A DNA stretch of 64,000 bases, from positions 7,316,001 to 7,380,000 of the forward strand of contig NC_073382.1 of NCBI RefSeq assembly GCF_028641065.1, read 5' to 3'. Numbering within the stretch: the stretch's first letter is position 1; every line of letters begins with the position of its first letter. The notes below the pieces were generated by a model. It was not told the DNA's origin. It searched no databases and was given only the letters and a program-made list of their open reading frames with translations. Source of the DNA: Leucoraja erinacea. Lineage: Eukaryota. Below, one piece after another: positions 13,206-25,178 of the stretch. A program made the translations under genes and the position numbers.

Positions 13206-14570
13206 GCTGTATTGTCCAGGATGCTCCGCAGTTTGAGGAGCATCCTCCCCTCCAAGACCTCCTAGCATGAATCCAATTCTGCCCCCAGGAAGCAGCCAGC
13301 CTTCCTGATGAGTTTGTTGATCCTATTGGCATCCACAGCCGTCGCCCTGTTGCCCCAGCACACGGCAGCGAAGAAGATGGCACTGGCTACCACCGATTGG
13401 TAGAACATCTGCAGCATCTTACTGCAAACGTTGAAGGAGTGGAGCCTTCTCTTAAAGTACAGCCGGCTCTGTCCCTCAACAAAGTCGTTGACTACACCTC
13501 TGTATTCAGCTTCCCTCCCCTCACTGATGCAGCCCACAATTGCAGAATCATCTGAAAACTTCAGCAGGTGGCAGGGCCTTGGTGAAACCACACCTGGAGT
13601 ATTGTGTGCAGTTGTGGTCTCCTCATATAAGGAAGGACTTTCTTGGTATTGGGGGGGTGCAGCATAAATTCACCAGGTTAATTCCCGGGATGGCGGGACT
13701 GACATATGATGAAAGAATGGGTCGACTTGTCTTGTAATCACTGGAATTTAGAAGGATGAGAGGGTATCTTATAGAAACACATAAAATTCTTATGGGATTG
13801 GACAGGCTAGATGAAGAAAAAAATGTTCACGATGTTGGGGGAGTCCAGAACCAGGAGCCACAGTTTAAGAATAAAGGGGAGGCCATTTAGGACTGAGTTG
13901 AGGAAAAACGTTTTCACCCAGAGAGTTGTGAATCTGTGGAATTCTCTGCAACAGAAGGCAGTGGAGGCCAATTCACTGGATGTTTTCAAGGGAGAGTTAG
14001 ATTTGGCTACAGAATCAAGGGATATGGGGGGGTGGGGGGAAGGCAGGAAGGGGGTACTGATTTTGGATGGTCAGCCATGATCATATTGAATGGAGGTGCT
14101 GGCTCGAAGGGCCGAATGGCCTACTCGTGCACCTATTTTCTATTGTCAGAGATGTCGATGGTAAACGGGAAGGGAGAGAGGGCTGTCTCCTGTGGGGCAG
14201 CTGTGTTGCTCACTACCATGTCCGAGACCTAGTTCTGAAGCTTGACATATTGTGGTCATCCATTCAGGTAGTTGGTGATCCAGGACACCAATGGAGCATC
14301 CACCCGCATCGTCATCAGTTTGCTCCCTAGTAGTGCAGGCCGGATGGTGTTAAAAGCACCGGAGAAGTAAAAAAACATGGCTATCACAATGCTTCCCGGC
14401 TTATCCAGGTGAGCATTGGAACGATGGAGCAGGTGGATGATGGCGTCCTCAGCCCCCATCTTTGTTTGGTGAGCGAACTGCACCGGGTCCAGCTAGGGTT
14501 TAACCAAGGGTCGCAGGTGAGTGAGCATCAGCCTCTTCATGATGTGTGAAGTCAGCACCACCACTAGAGC
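13206..14570 (-). mobile_element. Rex1/Babar-type LINE reverse transcriptase fragment, split by a CR1 insertion
   Basis: QFAHQTKMGAEDAII..FSGAFNTIRPALL..WITNYL; HLLKFSDDSAIVGCI; SRLYFKRRLHSFNVCSKMLQMFYQSVVASAIFFAAVCWG. Confidence 0.88.
13573..14145 (+). mobile_element. CR1 LINE 3' fragment inserted in the Rex1 element
   Basis: ALVKPHLEYCVQLWSP..SRTRSHSLRIKGRPFRTELRKNVFTQRVVNLWNSL plus 3' UTR. Confidence 0.92.
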
Positions 14571-14574
14571 AAAA

Positions 14575-14735
14575 CCCCTCTCCTTTTTTACTGCCTGCTC
14601 TATCTCTCCTGGTGCACCTGTGCCCTGGAATATTAAGTTGCCAGTCCTGTCCTTCTCTTAGCCAAGTTTCTGTAATGGTTACAACATTCCATGGGTTGCA
14701 CATACCATCATTGTCCTGAGTTTAGCTGCCTTACC
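14575..14735 (-). mobile_element. CR1 LINE ORF2 endonuclease N-terminal part
   Basis: VVTITETWLREGQDWQLNIPGHRCTRRDRAGSKKGEG. Confidence 0.85.
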
Positions 14736-15022
14736 AGTGGGCACAGTTTGAGGACATGGGGTAGGTTATTTAGGACAGAGGTGAGGAGAAATGTCTTCAC
14801 TTGGTGACAAACCTTGAGTATTATGTACTCTGAACTATTCTCGGCTATTCTGTAAGCTGTGAAAGCTTGCGCATTGTGTGCATTCACAACACTGATTAAT
14901 AGACATAAGAGTTAAAGGACTCGAGTGTTGTGGGTGTAGTGCTGGAAAATAGCAACAAGGTACAAGATGAATCATGAAAGTTATGTAAAGTGGATCAAGC
15001 TTGAAGGGTGAAGTTTGTCTAG

Positions 15023-15116
15023 GTAGACAAAAGTGCTGGAGAAACTCAGTGGGTGCAGCAGCATCTGTGGAGCGAAGGAAATAGGCAACGTTTCGGGCCC
15101 AAACCCTTCTTCAGAC
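15023..15116 (-). mobile_element. ~95-bp Penelope-related short retroposon with hammerhead core
   Basis: TSD TGAAGTTTGTCTAG (15009-15022) / TGAAATTTGTCTAG (15117-15130); minus strand begins GTCTGAAGAAGGGTTTGGGCCCGAAACGTTGCC. Confidence 0.85.
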
Positions 15117-15835
15117 TGAAATTTGTCTAGTCTAGCTGAACCCATGGTCTATTTTATTTTTAATTGGATAAGCATTTACGGGGCACAGATTTCTTATAAT
15201 TGGTTTATGTTTTAATTAGTTGGGTATTGAATTTAATCCTGCACATGGATCTGTTCAAGATTAAAATGTTTTTAGCACATTTTTAACAGTATGGATGTTC
15301 TAAAATTGATATAGCATAACCTGGTTAGGTCCAGACAATTATAGTTCCAATAAAATTGATTTGCCTGGGTTATGTCATTTTGCGTTAAATAGATAGTATT
15401 ATAGTAAAAAATGAATTAGTTTAAATGTTAGGGGATACGGAGTAATTTATCATGTAAGATTTTATTTTCTATTGCCCATTCTGTGATAAAAATATTGAGA
15501 ATATAAAAGTGTGAAAATAGATCATTTTATCATAACATTTTGGTTAGATTTAATATATTTTACCCATGCTGACTCAAAAGAGATTTTTTATTTATTTCTA
15601 GGGAAGAGGTTCATATATAGAATGCAAATAGCAATTTAAGATTTGTGTAACCTTGAATACTAGACGCAGACATAGTCAAATACTTAAGTCTGTTCAAAAT
15701 AAGAAGAAAAAAATCTGTTTACTACACTGGTTTTATTGATTACTTTCTCAAACTAATTTCTTATTAATGGACCCATCATTTTTGTAGGGTTAGCTGATGT
15801 TTCAAGTAAGATTGCTGGCTGAGAATTTCTATTTT

Positions 15836-16137
15836 AGTTTATTTAGTTTAGATTAGAGATACTGCACGGAAACAGCTTCGGCCCACTGAGACTGCATCGA
15901 CCAGTGATCCCGGCACATTAACACTATCCTACACACACTAGGGGCAATTTACATTTATACCAAGCCAATTAACCTACACACCTGTACGTCTTTGGAGTGT
16001 GGGGGGAAACCAAAGATCTTGGAGAAAACTCGTACAGGTCACGGGGAGAACGTACAAACCCTGTACAGACTGCACCCATAGTCAGGATCAACGTCTCAGG
16101 CGCTGTAAGGCAACTTCTCTACAGCTGCGCCACTGTG
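15836..16137 (-). mobile_element. tRNA-derived SINE (V-SINE/HE1-like)
   Basis: Reverse complement of the same family, full length, (TTTAG)n tail. Confidence 0.9.
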
Positions 16138-17499
16138 CTTAATGTCAGAAAGATGCAGCTTTTTAGAATTTGAAGAGGAACCAACTCTTATCTTAACCCA
16201 AGTGTCCTCTTTGACTTCTGGATTATCCATTTCTCAGAAATGTGAAAGATAATCATCTTGGGTTTAAATGCATGATAAGTCTGAAACAGAAGCGATTTGT
16301 TTTTTTTCTAGGTCTCCAGTCTCGCCTGAGGTTGTTGGCTCAGAGTTGTGTACTTTCTGCTAGATGGGCAGGCCTGAAAGAGTTTGTAAAGCCCCTTGTA
16401 TTAATGTGCAAATCGTCTAGTGGTGGAAATGGAAGTAACTGCTCCCCCTTTCTACCTTTTGGGGGAAAGTGGACTCAAATGTATGCCTTGGTTGATCTGT
16501 TGTTTTGATGGAAATTGCTTAATGGAGGATTTTCTGAAGAGTGAAATCAAAATTTCCTTCAAGTAATTGGAGCACAGCTATCCTTAATTTTCACTAGATG
16601 TGGCATTAAAGAGCTTAGATTCTCATATTTTCTATTGATATTGATATCAGTATTGAACTGATCAACAGTACTGAAATTATCAATTTGATTAGTACGGGTG
16701 TCGAGGGTTATGGTGAGAAGGCAGGAGAATGGGGTTAGGAGGGAGAGATAGATCAGCCATGATTGAATGGCGGAGTAGACTTGATGGGTTGAATGGCCTA
16801 ATTCTGCTCCTGTCACTTAAGACCTTATGAATACTGATTGTAAGAAAGGGTTAAAATAAATTGAGATATGAAATTTTCCACTTGGAGTTTGATAAATTAT
16901 GTAACTACAGGGTGGCAAAAAAGATGTATTTTCAGAAGATGGGGAATGAGTGGATGGTGAAGGGTGTTTAAGGTGGAGTGGAGTAGGATCTTGAAAATAA
17001 ACAACTTGCTCTGAGTTAATTGCAAGTATCAAAGACAGAAGGGAAAATGTATTCTGTCACCCATGTAAATGATTTAACTATCCATAAAAGACATAAAGGA
17101 TGGATTGTTTTTCAAAAAATTATTATTTTCACTTTATCAGGCTGTTCAGGCAAGAAATCACCCATATGCCATTGCAAGCGTTCTTTTTCATTTTACACTA
17201 CTCATGACTGTTTACATCGACACACTAATTTCTGCAAAAAATGATTTTCATGGTTACTTCTAGAAAGCTGAAATCACTGAATATGAATGAGCCTTTAATC
17301 TGGAGATCACTGCTGTACTTTTTTTTAAAAAGAGCATGCGTGATTTGTCATTAGTTTAGGAAAAAATGTCCAAACCTAATTGACAATTACAGTACTTTAT
17401 AACAATGTTAATAAATGTGATCTATCTGAACACTATTCATAGAATTCATATTGTTCCCATGTTTTAGCAACATTCATATTGTTCACATGTTGCAACAGA

Positions 17500-18690
17500 A
17501 TCCCACCACAAGCCAAATCGCCCCGCAACGTGCCTTTCCACCTTCTTCAGGGTTCACTCACTACAAGCCTCTGTAATCTGCTCATCACATCCCCTGGCAC
17601 TTTTCCCTGTAACCACGGGAAGTGCAATATTTGTTTCTACACCTTCTCCCTCACAACCTTCCAGCTGAGCCATAGATTTGCATGCACATCTTTTAACCTC
17701 GTCCACTGCATTTAGTTTAGAGATACAGTGTGGAAACCTGCCCCTCAACCCACCAAGTCCGCGCCAAACACCAATCACCCAATACACCAGTTCTGTTCTA
17801 CATACCATGAACAATTTGCAGAAGCTGCAATGTGAAATTGCAGCTACATGGAAATTGGAGCAGAAAACAAACATCCTCCTTTTACATTTAACCAAACCTT
17901 TATAGCTTGCATATGAGGACGCCATCCCTTTCTCTTTTTTTCCTCTTCCTTTCTGCTACGTCTACTCTCAAGATAAGGCCTTCTATTTCAGGGCCATCCT
18001 AATGCAGCCAAAAGTACCCCCCCCCTTCCTTTGATCCATCTCGGATCCTGCCAATTTTGCCCCTTTTTTTTTCTTTTTCTTTTTTCCTTCTCCTTTTCTT
18101 CTTTTTTTCTTCCTTTTTTTTTCTTTTCCCTTTTTTCACTTGTTCCTCTTTTTCCTCTTTTCTTTTTTTTTTTCTGTTTTTTTTTTTCTGTTTTTCCCCC
18201 TTCCCCCCTTCCCCTTCCCCTGGGGGTTCCATCCACCTACTGACCATATTACACCCAGCAGATTCCACACCCAACCTGATTCCATCTGCCCATTTTTCCC
18301 TTAACAGTTCCCATTGTTGTCATCTTTATATATCAGATTACAGCACTAGTGACCTCTGTGCCCATATTTATCATTCACCAGCAGCTGTCACTACCTTCAC
18401 TCTCGCCTCCCCCACCTCGATTCATCTGCATTTCTTTGTTTCCACCTATGATCCATCTGCCTGTCTCCCAACTCTACCCCTCCCCAACCTGGCTCCTTCT
18501 GTCTCATTCTTTCTTGATTCCTGCTTGGCCCACCTATCACTTACTGACCCCCTGTCTCATTCCTTTTGTTTATATATTGGCTGACTTCCCCGTCCCCTTT
18601 CAGTTCTGGCACAGGCTCTGAGCCCAAAGTCAACAGTTCCATTTCCCCACAGATGCTGAGTTTGTTCAGTTTGTTTAGTGCTCCAGAGTT
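17500..18690 (+). mobile_element. Penelope-like retroelement remnant (Zn linker / GIY-YIG region and pyrimidine-rich 3' part), interrupted by a SINE fragment at ~17711-17820
   Basis: SPGTFPCNHGKCNICFYTFSLTTFQ..HRFACTSFNLVHCI and EIAATWKLEQKTNILL resemble the PLE PGTFPCxxxxCxxC..FTCTSxNLVYCI and RKLEEQHLIF motifs; degenerate 3' terminal motif at ~18610-18690. Confidence 0.75.
18060..18220 (+). repeat. Polypyrimidine (T/C) low-complexity tract
   Basis: Almost pure T/C; produces the spurious F/S-rich and K/R-rich ORFs. Confidence 0.9.
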
Positions 18691-18964
18691 TTTTGCGCCT
18701 CCTTTCTTCGCTCTTCCATCACATGGCTTACATTTTGCTATTTTTGTTTATCCCAGTAATGTGCCTCTGGACATGAAATGCAAGTACAAATGTGTTTCTA
18801 TAGCAGAGATGATTTTCCAAAGTATTATTTGTACTTTCAACCTACAATAACGTGGAAGGCCATCAGTCCCAATATCCCCTAAATTCCCTGTACTCTAGCT
18901 TCTCGCCATCAACAGCCTTTGATTTCTTTTTTTCGCAATGTAACAACAGAGTAATTTACAGTAG

Positions 18965-19058
18965 GTACACAAAAAAATGCTGGAGAATGTCAGCGGGTGC
19001 AGCAGCATCTATGGAGCGAAGGAAATAGGCAACGTTTCGGGCCGAAACCCTTCTTCAG
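18965..19058 (-). mobile_element. ~95-bp Penelope-related short retroposon with hammerhead core
   Basis: TSD ACAGTAG (18958-18964 / 19059-19065); minus strand CTGAAGAAGGGTTTCGGCCCGAAACGTTGCC. Confidence 0.85.
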
Positions 19059-19626
19059 ACAGTAGCCATTTAATCTACCAACATTAATATTTGTGTAGGA
19101 AAGAACTGCAGATGGTGGTTTAAATTGAAGATAGACACAAAATGCTGGAGTAACTCAGCGGGTTCAGGCAGCATCTCTGGAGAAAAGGAATGGGTGACAT
19201 TTTGGCTGGAGACCCTTCTTCAGACTGACTTTAGTATGTGTGTTTTCTTTCCACATCCCAGCCAGAAACCCATGTAGCCATTGGAAGAACATGCAAACTC
19301 CCCACAGATCTCATTCAAGTTTAAAACTGAACCTGGTTCCATGGAGCCGAAGCATATTTAGTTTTGCTTACATCATCATTAAGAAGGGGAATGTTTATGG
19401 GTGTCTTTGTTTTGCAAGGAAGAATAGTGTTGGGGTCACATGGCAGGCCAAACCAGTTAAACTTGTTCTACAAGACTCTGCAACAATAACTGATGTGTAA
19501 CCTGGGTGCTAATTGTATCAGAAAAAAAGCTAAGGATAGGAAATGCGGTATTTTCAGCGCCAGTACAGACATGCATGTTACCATGTTGTTGCTGCTGCTC
19601 CTACAGAAGCTTTTTCTCTTTTGCAG

Positions 19627-19695
19627 TGCCTCCATTCATCGGCGCAATTGCAGACCTATCCGGTTTGAGCCACCAATGTTGGATTTCCACGAACA
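19627..19695 (+). CDS. TMEM131: TMEM131 coding exon (69 nt; approx. human exon 4), ..ASIHRRNCRPIRFEPPMLDFHEQ
   Basis: Acceptor ttttctcttttgcag, donor gtaagt; translation matches recalled human NCRPIRFEPPMLDFHEQ; phase 2 end joins the next exon (CA|G). Confidence 0.95.
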
Positions 19696-20278
19696 GTAAG
19701 TTAATCTTTTTTTGGTAATATTTACCATTTTGTTTTCAAGATCAGGCATGGGTGGAATGTGTGGTAAATCTGATGCGTTTGAGAAGCCAACTGCTGTATT
19801 TACTTTTCAAAATGAGGTCCAGTGCAAATTTCAGTTTCTTTGACTGGCCATTTGAACAAAGATGCAATAGTTTGTGCATCCTAAGGCAATTTATAATTTT
19901 CAGAACTGCAGTGTATCAAGGAAATTAGATACTTGAAACACAAAAAGGATCAATAGGATTAAAGCAAGAAAAGTAATGGTTATGAATGGTTTTGGTTCAT
20001 TAATGTGTGTGTGTGTGGGGGATTTTACACTTTCTTGACAGAGTCTTGCATGTTGTTGGAAGTATGTAATGCAAAGAGTTGGAGTTCTCAAATTGATTAT
20101 AGATTATGGCAAAAATCTGTTTGTAAGAATTCAGCACTTGCAGTTCTTGACTAGAGCTGCATCAGAGGCACAGTATTAACAGCGTGATGGTTTGACCCTA
20201 AACCTTCCACTTAATGTGCATAACAATAATTCTCAATCTGCAAACAAGTCACAATGATAGACTGCAATGTAGATATGG

Positions 20279-20580
20279 AGTTTAGTTTAGAGATACAGCG
20301 CGGAAACGGGCCCTTTGGCCCAGCGATTCCGCGCTAACCACTGATCCCCGGACACTAACCCTATCCTACACACTAGCGACAATTTACAATTTTACCAAGC
20401 CTATTATCCTACAAACCTGTACGTCTTTGGAATGTGGGAGGAAACCAGAGCTCCCGGGGCGAAGCCAACACAGGGGAGAATGTACAAACTCCGTACATAA
20501 GCACTCGTAGTCAGGGTTGAAGTCGGATCTCTGGTGCTGCAAATCTGCAAATCAGCAACTCAACCACTGCCCCACCGTGT
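20279..20580 (-). mobile_element. tRNA-derived SINE (V-SINE/HE1-like)
   Basis: gtttagtttagagatacagcgcggaaac..cctgtacgtctttggaatgtgggagg..caccgtg. Confidence 0.9.
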
Positions 20581-21158
20581 TAGTGTTCCATCGGATATGT
20601 ACTTCCAGTTTTATTACTGGAGGTCATGCACTTTGTTTTAATGTGTCTTTGAACATGTAAATTAAGGCTTAAACTTTAATGTAATACAGAGGGAGTATTG
20701 ACATTATCAAAGATGTTCACATTAAAGGACCCAGAAAGACCTATATTTGTATAGAGCCATCAATGTCTTTATAACATGTTGCAATTACTTAATCTATGAA
20801 ATGCTTGAATTTTTGATATTGTGGGAAACATAACATGGCTATAAAAAGTGCATTTTAGCAAGAAGTAAGGTATGTGTAGCCTGCATCCTCGATATCATGT
20901 TTTTAAAATGTGCAATTATTGCTAAATGTGTACAGTTGTTACTTCAGTTCCCACTTGTAACAGTGATTATGCTGCAGAGCATTTTGACTGGAAGGTGTTT
21001 TGAGACCTCTGGAGTTTATAAAAGATGCTTCATAAATGCAAGCCGTTGTATTAAATTAGCAAGCTACTGTTTTTCATGTGATAAAATTCATTTTCAAATT
21101 TGTAGATGCAGTCTTCTCGGTATTCCAATAAAATTAATTGGTGCGTATAGCAAGACTT

Positions 21159-21251
21159 TTATTATCTCCGGGAACCGCACAGAAACCTTGGGTGGGGTGC
21201 AAAGTCTCCAGAGGTTTCCGTTCAGGTTTCCTAAGTGGGACAGGGGCATTA
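21159..21251. mobile_element. Solo terminal fragment of a Harbinger-like MITE
   Basis: Ends AAGTGGGACAGGGGCA-TTA, the reverse complement of a TGTCCCACTT terminus like that at 27957. Confidence 0.5.
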
Positions 21252-22084
21252 TCATCAGTATGTGCTGTTCATGCTATAAAATTTGTTGTTTTTTCCCCTG
21301 TCCCGAATTAGGTATCCGCATTAAAAAAAAAAAAAAATTTAATTCACTGAAAATACAATTATGTATAGACGCAGCATAGCTTTTGTATTGAATGCAATAG
21401 AGCATCTGCATTGAACTTGTAACATTGTGTCCCCAACTCCTATTCATGGCTCCTTGTTGAGATGATTCAAATTTAGCATGCGTTTTTTTTCCTTTGTCGT
21501 TTTCACAATTTTCTATCAGATGCAACCACACTTTGGAACAGCACAGTTGGCTTCTAGAAGCTGTTTTCTTGATTTTGGAAGCAACCTGTGACTGATCCTA
21601 GGGAAAACCTCAGTCATGTGGAACACTTAAAATAAAATGCGAATAAGGTATTTTTTTTTCCCCCAACTATACCAATTATGTTTTATATTCCAGATATGAT
21701 TTTTATCATTGGCACCAATTCTTCCAGTAAGTTTGGAATGACTGGATTTGTGTGCATCTGGTTTTGCTTTTCTGCTTTTATTGCCAGAATTAATGAAATG
21801 ATAGTTGGAAAATGGCATTACAGAAAAAGCTGTGTTGGTAATTTTTAAATCTGCTGGATTTACATGATACTGTGAGAGGACTGGAAGTGGATGCTGAAAA
21901 TATGTTGCAGAAATTGAGCTGTGGTTGGTGTTGGTAAATTATAAATTGGTCGGTACAGTTTGAGAACAAATGTAGAGTTCATGTTGTCAGCAACTGTGTA
22001 AATGAGCCCAAGTTTACTTCTTTCTAATTGGGTAAAGTGAGTAATTCTGTGACTGTGACCACACCATTAGTCTGCTACCTCGGA

Positions 22085-22810
22085 GGGAGGGGGTAACTTT
22101 TAAATCTCTCCCTGCACGGGAGACCCGACCTTTTCTTTGTCGGGTATCCGTTGTCGTTGGGGCTGCAACGAGGAGCAGCCTCCAACAGGAGAAGACCGGG
22201 GGCTCTGGTGCCGACTACTCACCTCACCGTCGTGGAGCTGGCCGAGTCCGGAGCGGGTGGAGCGGTGGTGGAGCGCTGCTGCGGCCCAACCTCCGGAGAT
22301 TCGGAGGCTGCAACTGCGGGTCTGGCGGACGGCGGCACCGCGAGCCCGTGGGTCCCTGGAGGGAGACCGCTTTTCAGGGCTCCCGCAACGGCGACTTCTC
22401 CCGCCCGAGTTGCGGGGTTGAAGAGCTCCTGGAGCGGGGCCTTACAGCATCGCCCCGCGCGGCTTGGAATGGCTGGGGGACTCTGCGAGCGCACGCCGGG
22501 GGCTCTAACATCAAGAACCCGGTGTGCGACCTTGCATCACCCGGCGTGGCTTTAATGGCCGCGGGACAATCGCCATCGCCAGCCGGGGGCTTTGACTTTG
22601 ACTCTGACATCGGAGGGGGGGGGGGGGGGGGAGTGCAGTGGAGAGATAAGTTTTTTTGGCCTTCCATCACAGCAATGTGATGGATGTTTATGTAAATTAT
22701 GTTGTGTCTTGGGTCTATTTGTTTGTAATGTATGGCTGCAGAAACGTCATTTCGTTTGGACCTCAAGGGGTCCAAATGACAAATAAATTGTATCTTGTAC
22801 CTTGATCTTG
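22085..22810 (+). mobile_element. GC/CpG-rich retroposon with LINE-type 3' stem-loop and (TATCTTG)-like tail
   Basis: Abrupt CpG-rich block; 3' hairpin TTTGGACC-TCAAGG-GGTCCAAA, then AATAAA and short tandem tail. Confidence 0.7.
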
Positions 22811-23654
22811 TGCTGGTTGCAGATGCAAATAGCCTTAACAATGTTGGCCTCCCTGCATGTTTTGTCTTCACATCTAAGTCAAGTTTGCACATTAAGGTCT
22901 ATTTAAATACAGATCTAGCAGTTTGAAACTGGGCATTGACAATAAACAACAGGTGCAGGAGTAGGCCGTTCGGCCCTTCGAGCCAGCACTGCCATTCAAT
23001 GTGTTCATGGCTGATCACATTGGCCAGTACACTATTGTAGACTGATTGAGGCCAGTAGACTATCAGCCGTAGCAGAACTGTGTAGTTTGTCAAATCCCTC
23101 ACTTTATCACCACTATCAAATTGAACGTAAAGAGCCAGGGATAGGAGATGGTCCCTTTACCCTGCATTGCCGTTCCACTTTCTTCTTGTTTAAATGCAAG
23201 CCTATTTCTACTTTAAATATACTCAATGACCCCAGCTTTAAGGCCCTCTGGCATGGAGAACTTCAAAGGTTCATGACCCTCTGAAAGACGAACTTCCTCT
23301 ACTCTTTCCAAAATGGGCAACCAACTAGTCTGAAGTTATACTCCCTTATTTGGAAGTGAAACATCGTCTCAACAACCACCTTGTCAATCCTCTTAAGAAT
23401 TTTGTTTCACTAAGTTCACCCTCTCATTTTCACATCCTCTATTGAGCATAGGCCCCACCTATAAGTGAATTCCTTCACCCCACACATCAACCCAGTGAAC
23501 CTAACAATACTGTCTCCAATACAAAAGTATCCTTCCGAAGTGAGTTATCCTACACTTTTCTACATTATACTGTCTGACAAAAAGGGAAATTGTCCACTGA
23601 TGTCTTTTTTGCAATCTCAGCACAAATCCAATCTGGCCACCTAATATATGAATA

Positions 23655-24160
23655 GCCAAGTCAAGAGTGTTTTATTGGCATATGTTCTGGATGGAACAAC
23701 TAAATTCTTACTTGCTGCAGCGCAACAGAATATGTGAATATGCAAACATAGTAAATAATGGGGGAGGAGAAAAAAAAAGTTCAATAAATAACAAATATAG
23801 TGCAATAATAATATAGGCTTTTGCAGTTCAGAGCTCGGAGCTTATTTGTTGTTGTGTTTAATAGCCTGGTGGCTGTAGGGTAGGAGCTGTTCCGGAACCT
23901 GGACATTATAGTTTTCAGGCACCTGTACTTTCTTCCTGATGGCAATGGTGAAATGAGTGTGTGGCCAGGATGGGTCTTTGATTTTGGCTGCCTTTGATTT
24001 CGATTTTGGCTGCCTTTTTGAGGAATCGACTACAATAGATCCCTTCGACGGTGGGGTTGTCAAAGCCGGTGATGGACTGGGCAGTGGTCACAACTTTTTG
24101 TAGTGTTTTCCGCTCCCAGGCGTTCAAGTTGCTGAACTAGGCCACGATGTAACCAGTCTT
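23655..24160 (-). mobile_element. Rex1/Babar-type LINE 3' end
   Basis: NAWERKTLQKVVTTAQSITG..TVEGIYCSRFLKKAAKI..KDPSWPHTHF; 3' UTR ending caataaa. Confidence 0.82.
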
Positions 24161-25178
24161 TCTGCAATATGATGTAAGGTGTTGTCAATGGTGCCAATGT
24201 GTGATATCTAAGTAATTTATTGGCTCGTTAATACTCGTTTCATTTGTGTTGGAACCACAGTTCCAAAGGTCAACAATGATTTATATTCAATCAGATAAGC
24301 ACGATTAATTCTTGAGGGAGGATGAGACACAGGGCAATATTTGACCTAAAGTAGTCCCAGTAAAATTAAAATCGGAGGAGATCTGAGGGAGACACCCCCC
24401 CCCCCCCGCCCCTCCAAAAAAAACCCCAAATAAACCTCAGAGTGGTGCCTAACTGAGGGAGAGTTCGTGAATCTTCTTATTTGGAGGATGTAATTCCAGG
24501 AATTGCTCAGTGGAATTGTTTGCTCCCAATTGTCTTCAATAATTATTCATCCTCCAAACTGGGAATGTTCACCGAGTGCGGTGTTATTTTCTATTTGTAT
24601 TTCTGCTGCAATTAATGCCATTACTGGGGTGTCAGGGTTTATGGGGAGAAGGCAGGAGAATGGGATTAGGAGGGAGAGATAGATCAGCCATGATTGAATG
24701 GCAGAGTGGACTAGACTGGCCAAATGGCCCAATTCTGCTCCTATCACCTATGACCGTATGACTTTCCAAAACTGCTTTGCTCTTCCCAGCCAAATTACTT
24801 TACCATCCAGAATTGTACAGGCAGCTATTGCACAGGGCCACCACCATCTGCAACTTTCCCTTCCTTCCAGCTCTCGTATCACTCTTTTCCATTTGTCTCG
24901 AGTCAAACTCCTGGAGCACTGTACCCAATCATACCTATTGGCATTTTCCCTGCACAGTTATTCCAAAGGTAGCTCACCATTCCCCTCTGAAGAGATAATG
25001 AGAAATAATTAATAGTAGTTGGTAGGTAAATCAAATCTCTTTTCCTTATAGAGGTGGACCAGTGTTATTGAGAGAGTTCTCTATTCATTAATCCCATGTC
25101 ATTAATCTTATTGAGTCCACATCACAAGATTAGAAATTGTTCAGCCAGAGCAGTACACACTTCTCGGCATCTGCAGAC

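Noticed and set aside
17988-18584. Lys-rich and Phe-rich ORFs
   Set aside because: Translations of a polypyrimidine tract.
21542-21620. Two adjacent hairpins as an H/ACA snoRNA or pre-miRNA
   Set aside because: No ANANNA hinge box, second hairpin too short, first stem interrupted.
22085-22700. CpG island / internal promoter with overlapping ORFs
   Set aside because: Ends in a LINE-type hairpin, AATAAA and tandem tail; best explained as a young GC-rich retroposon.
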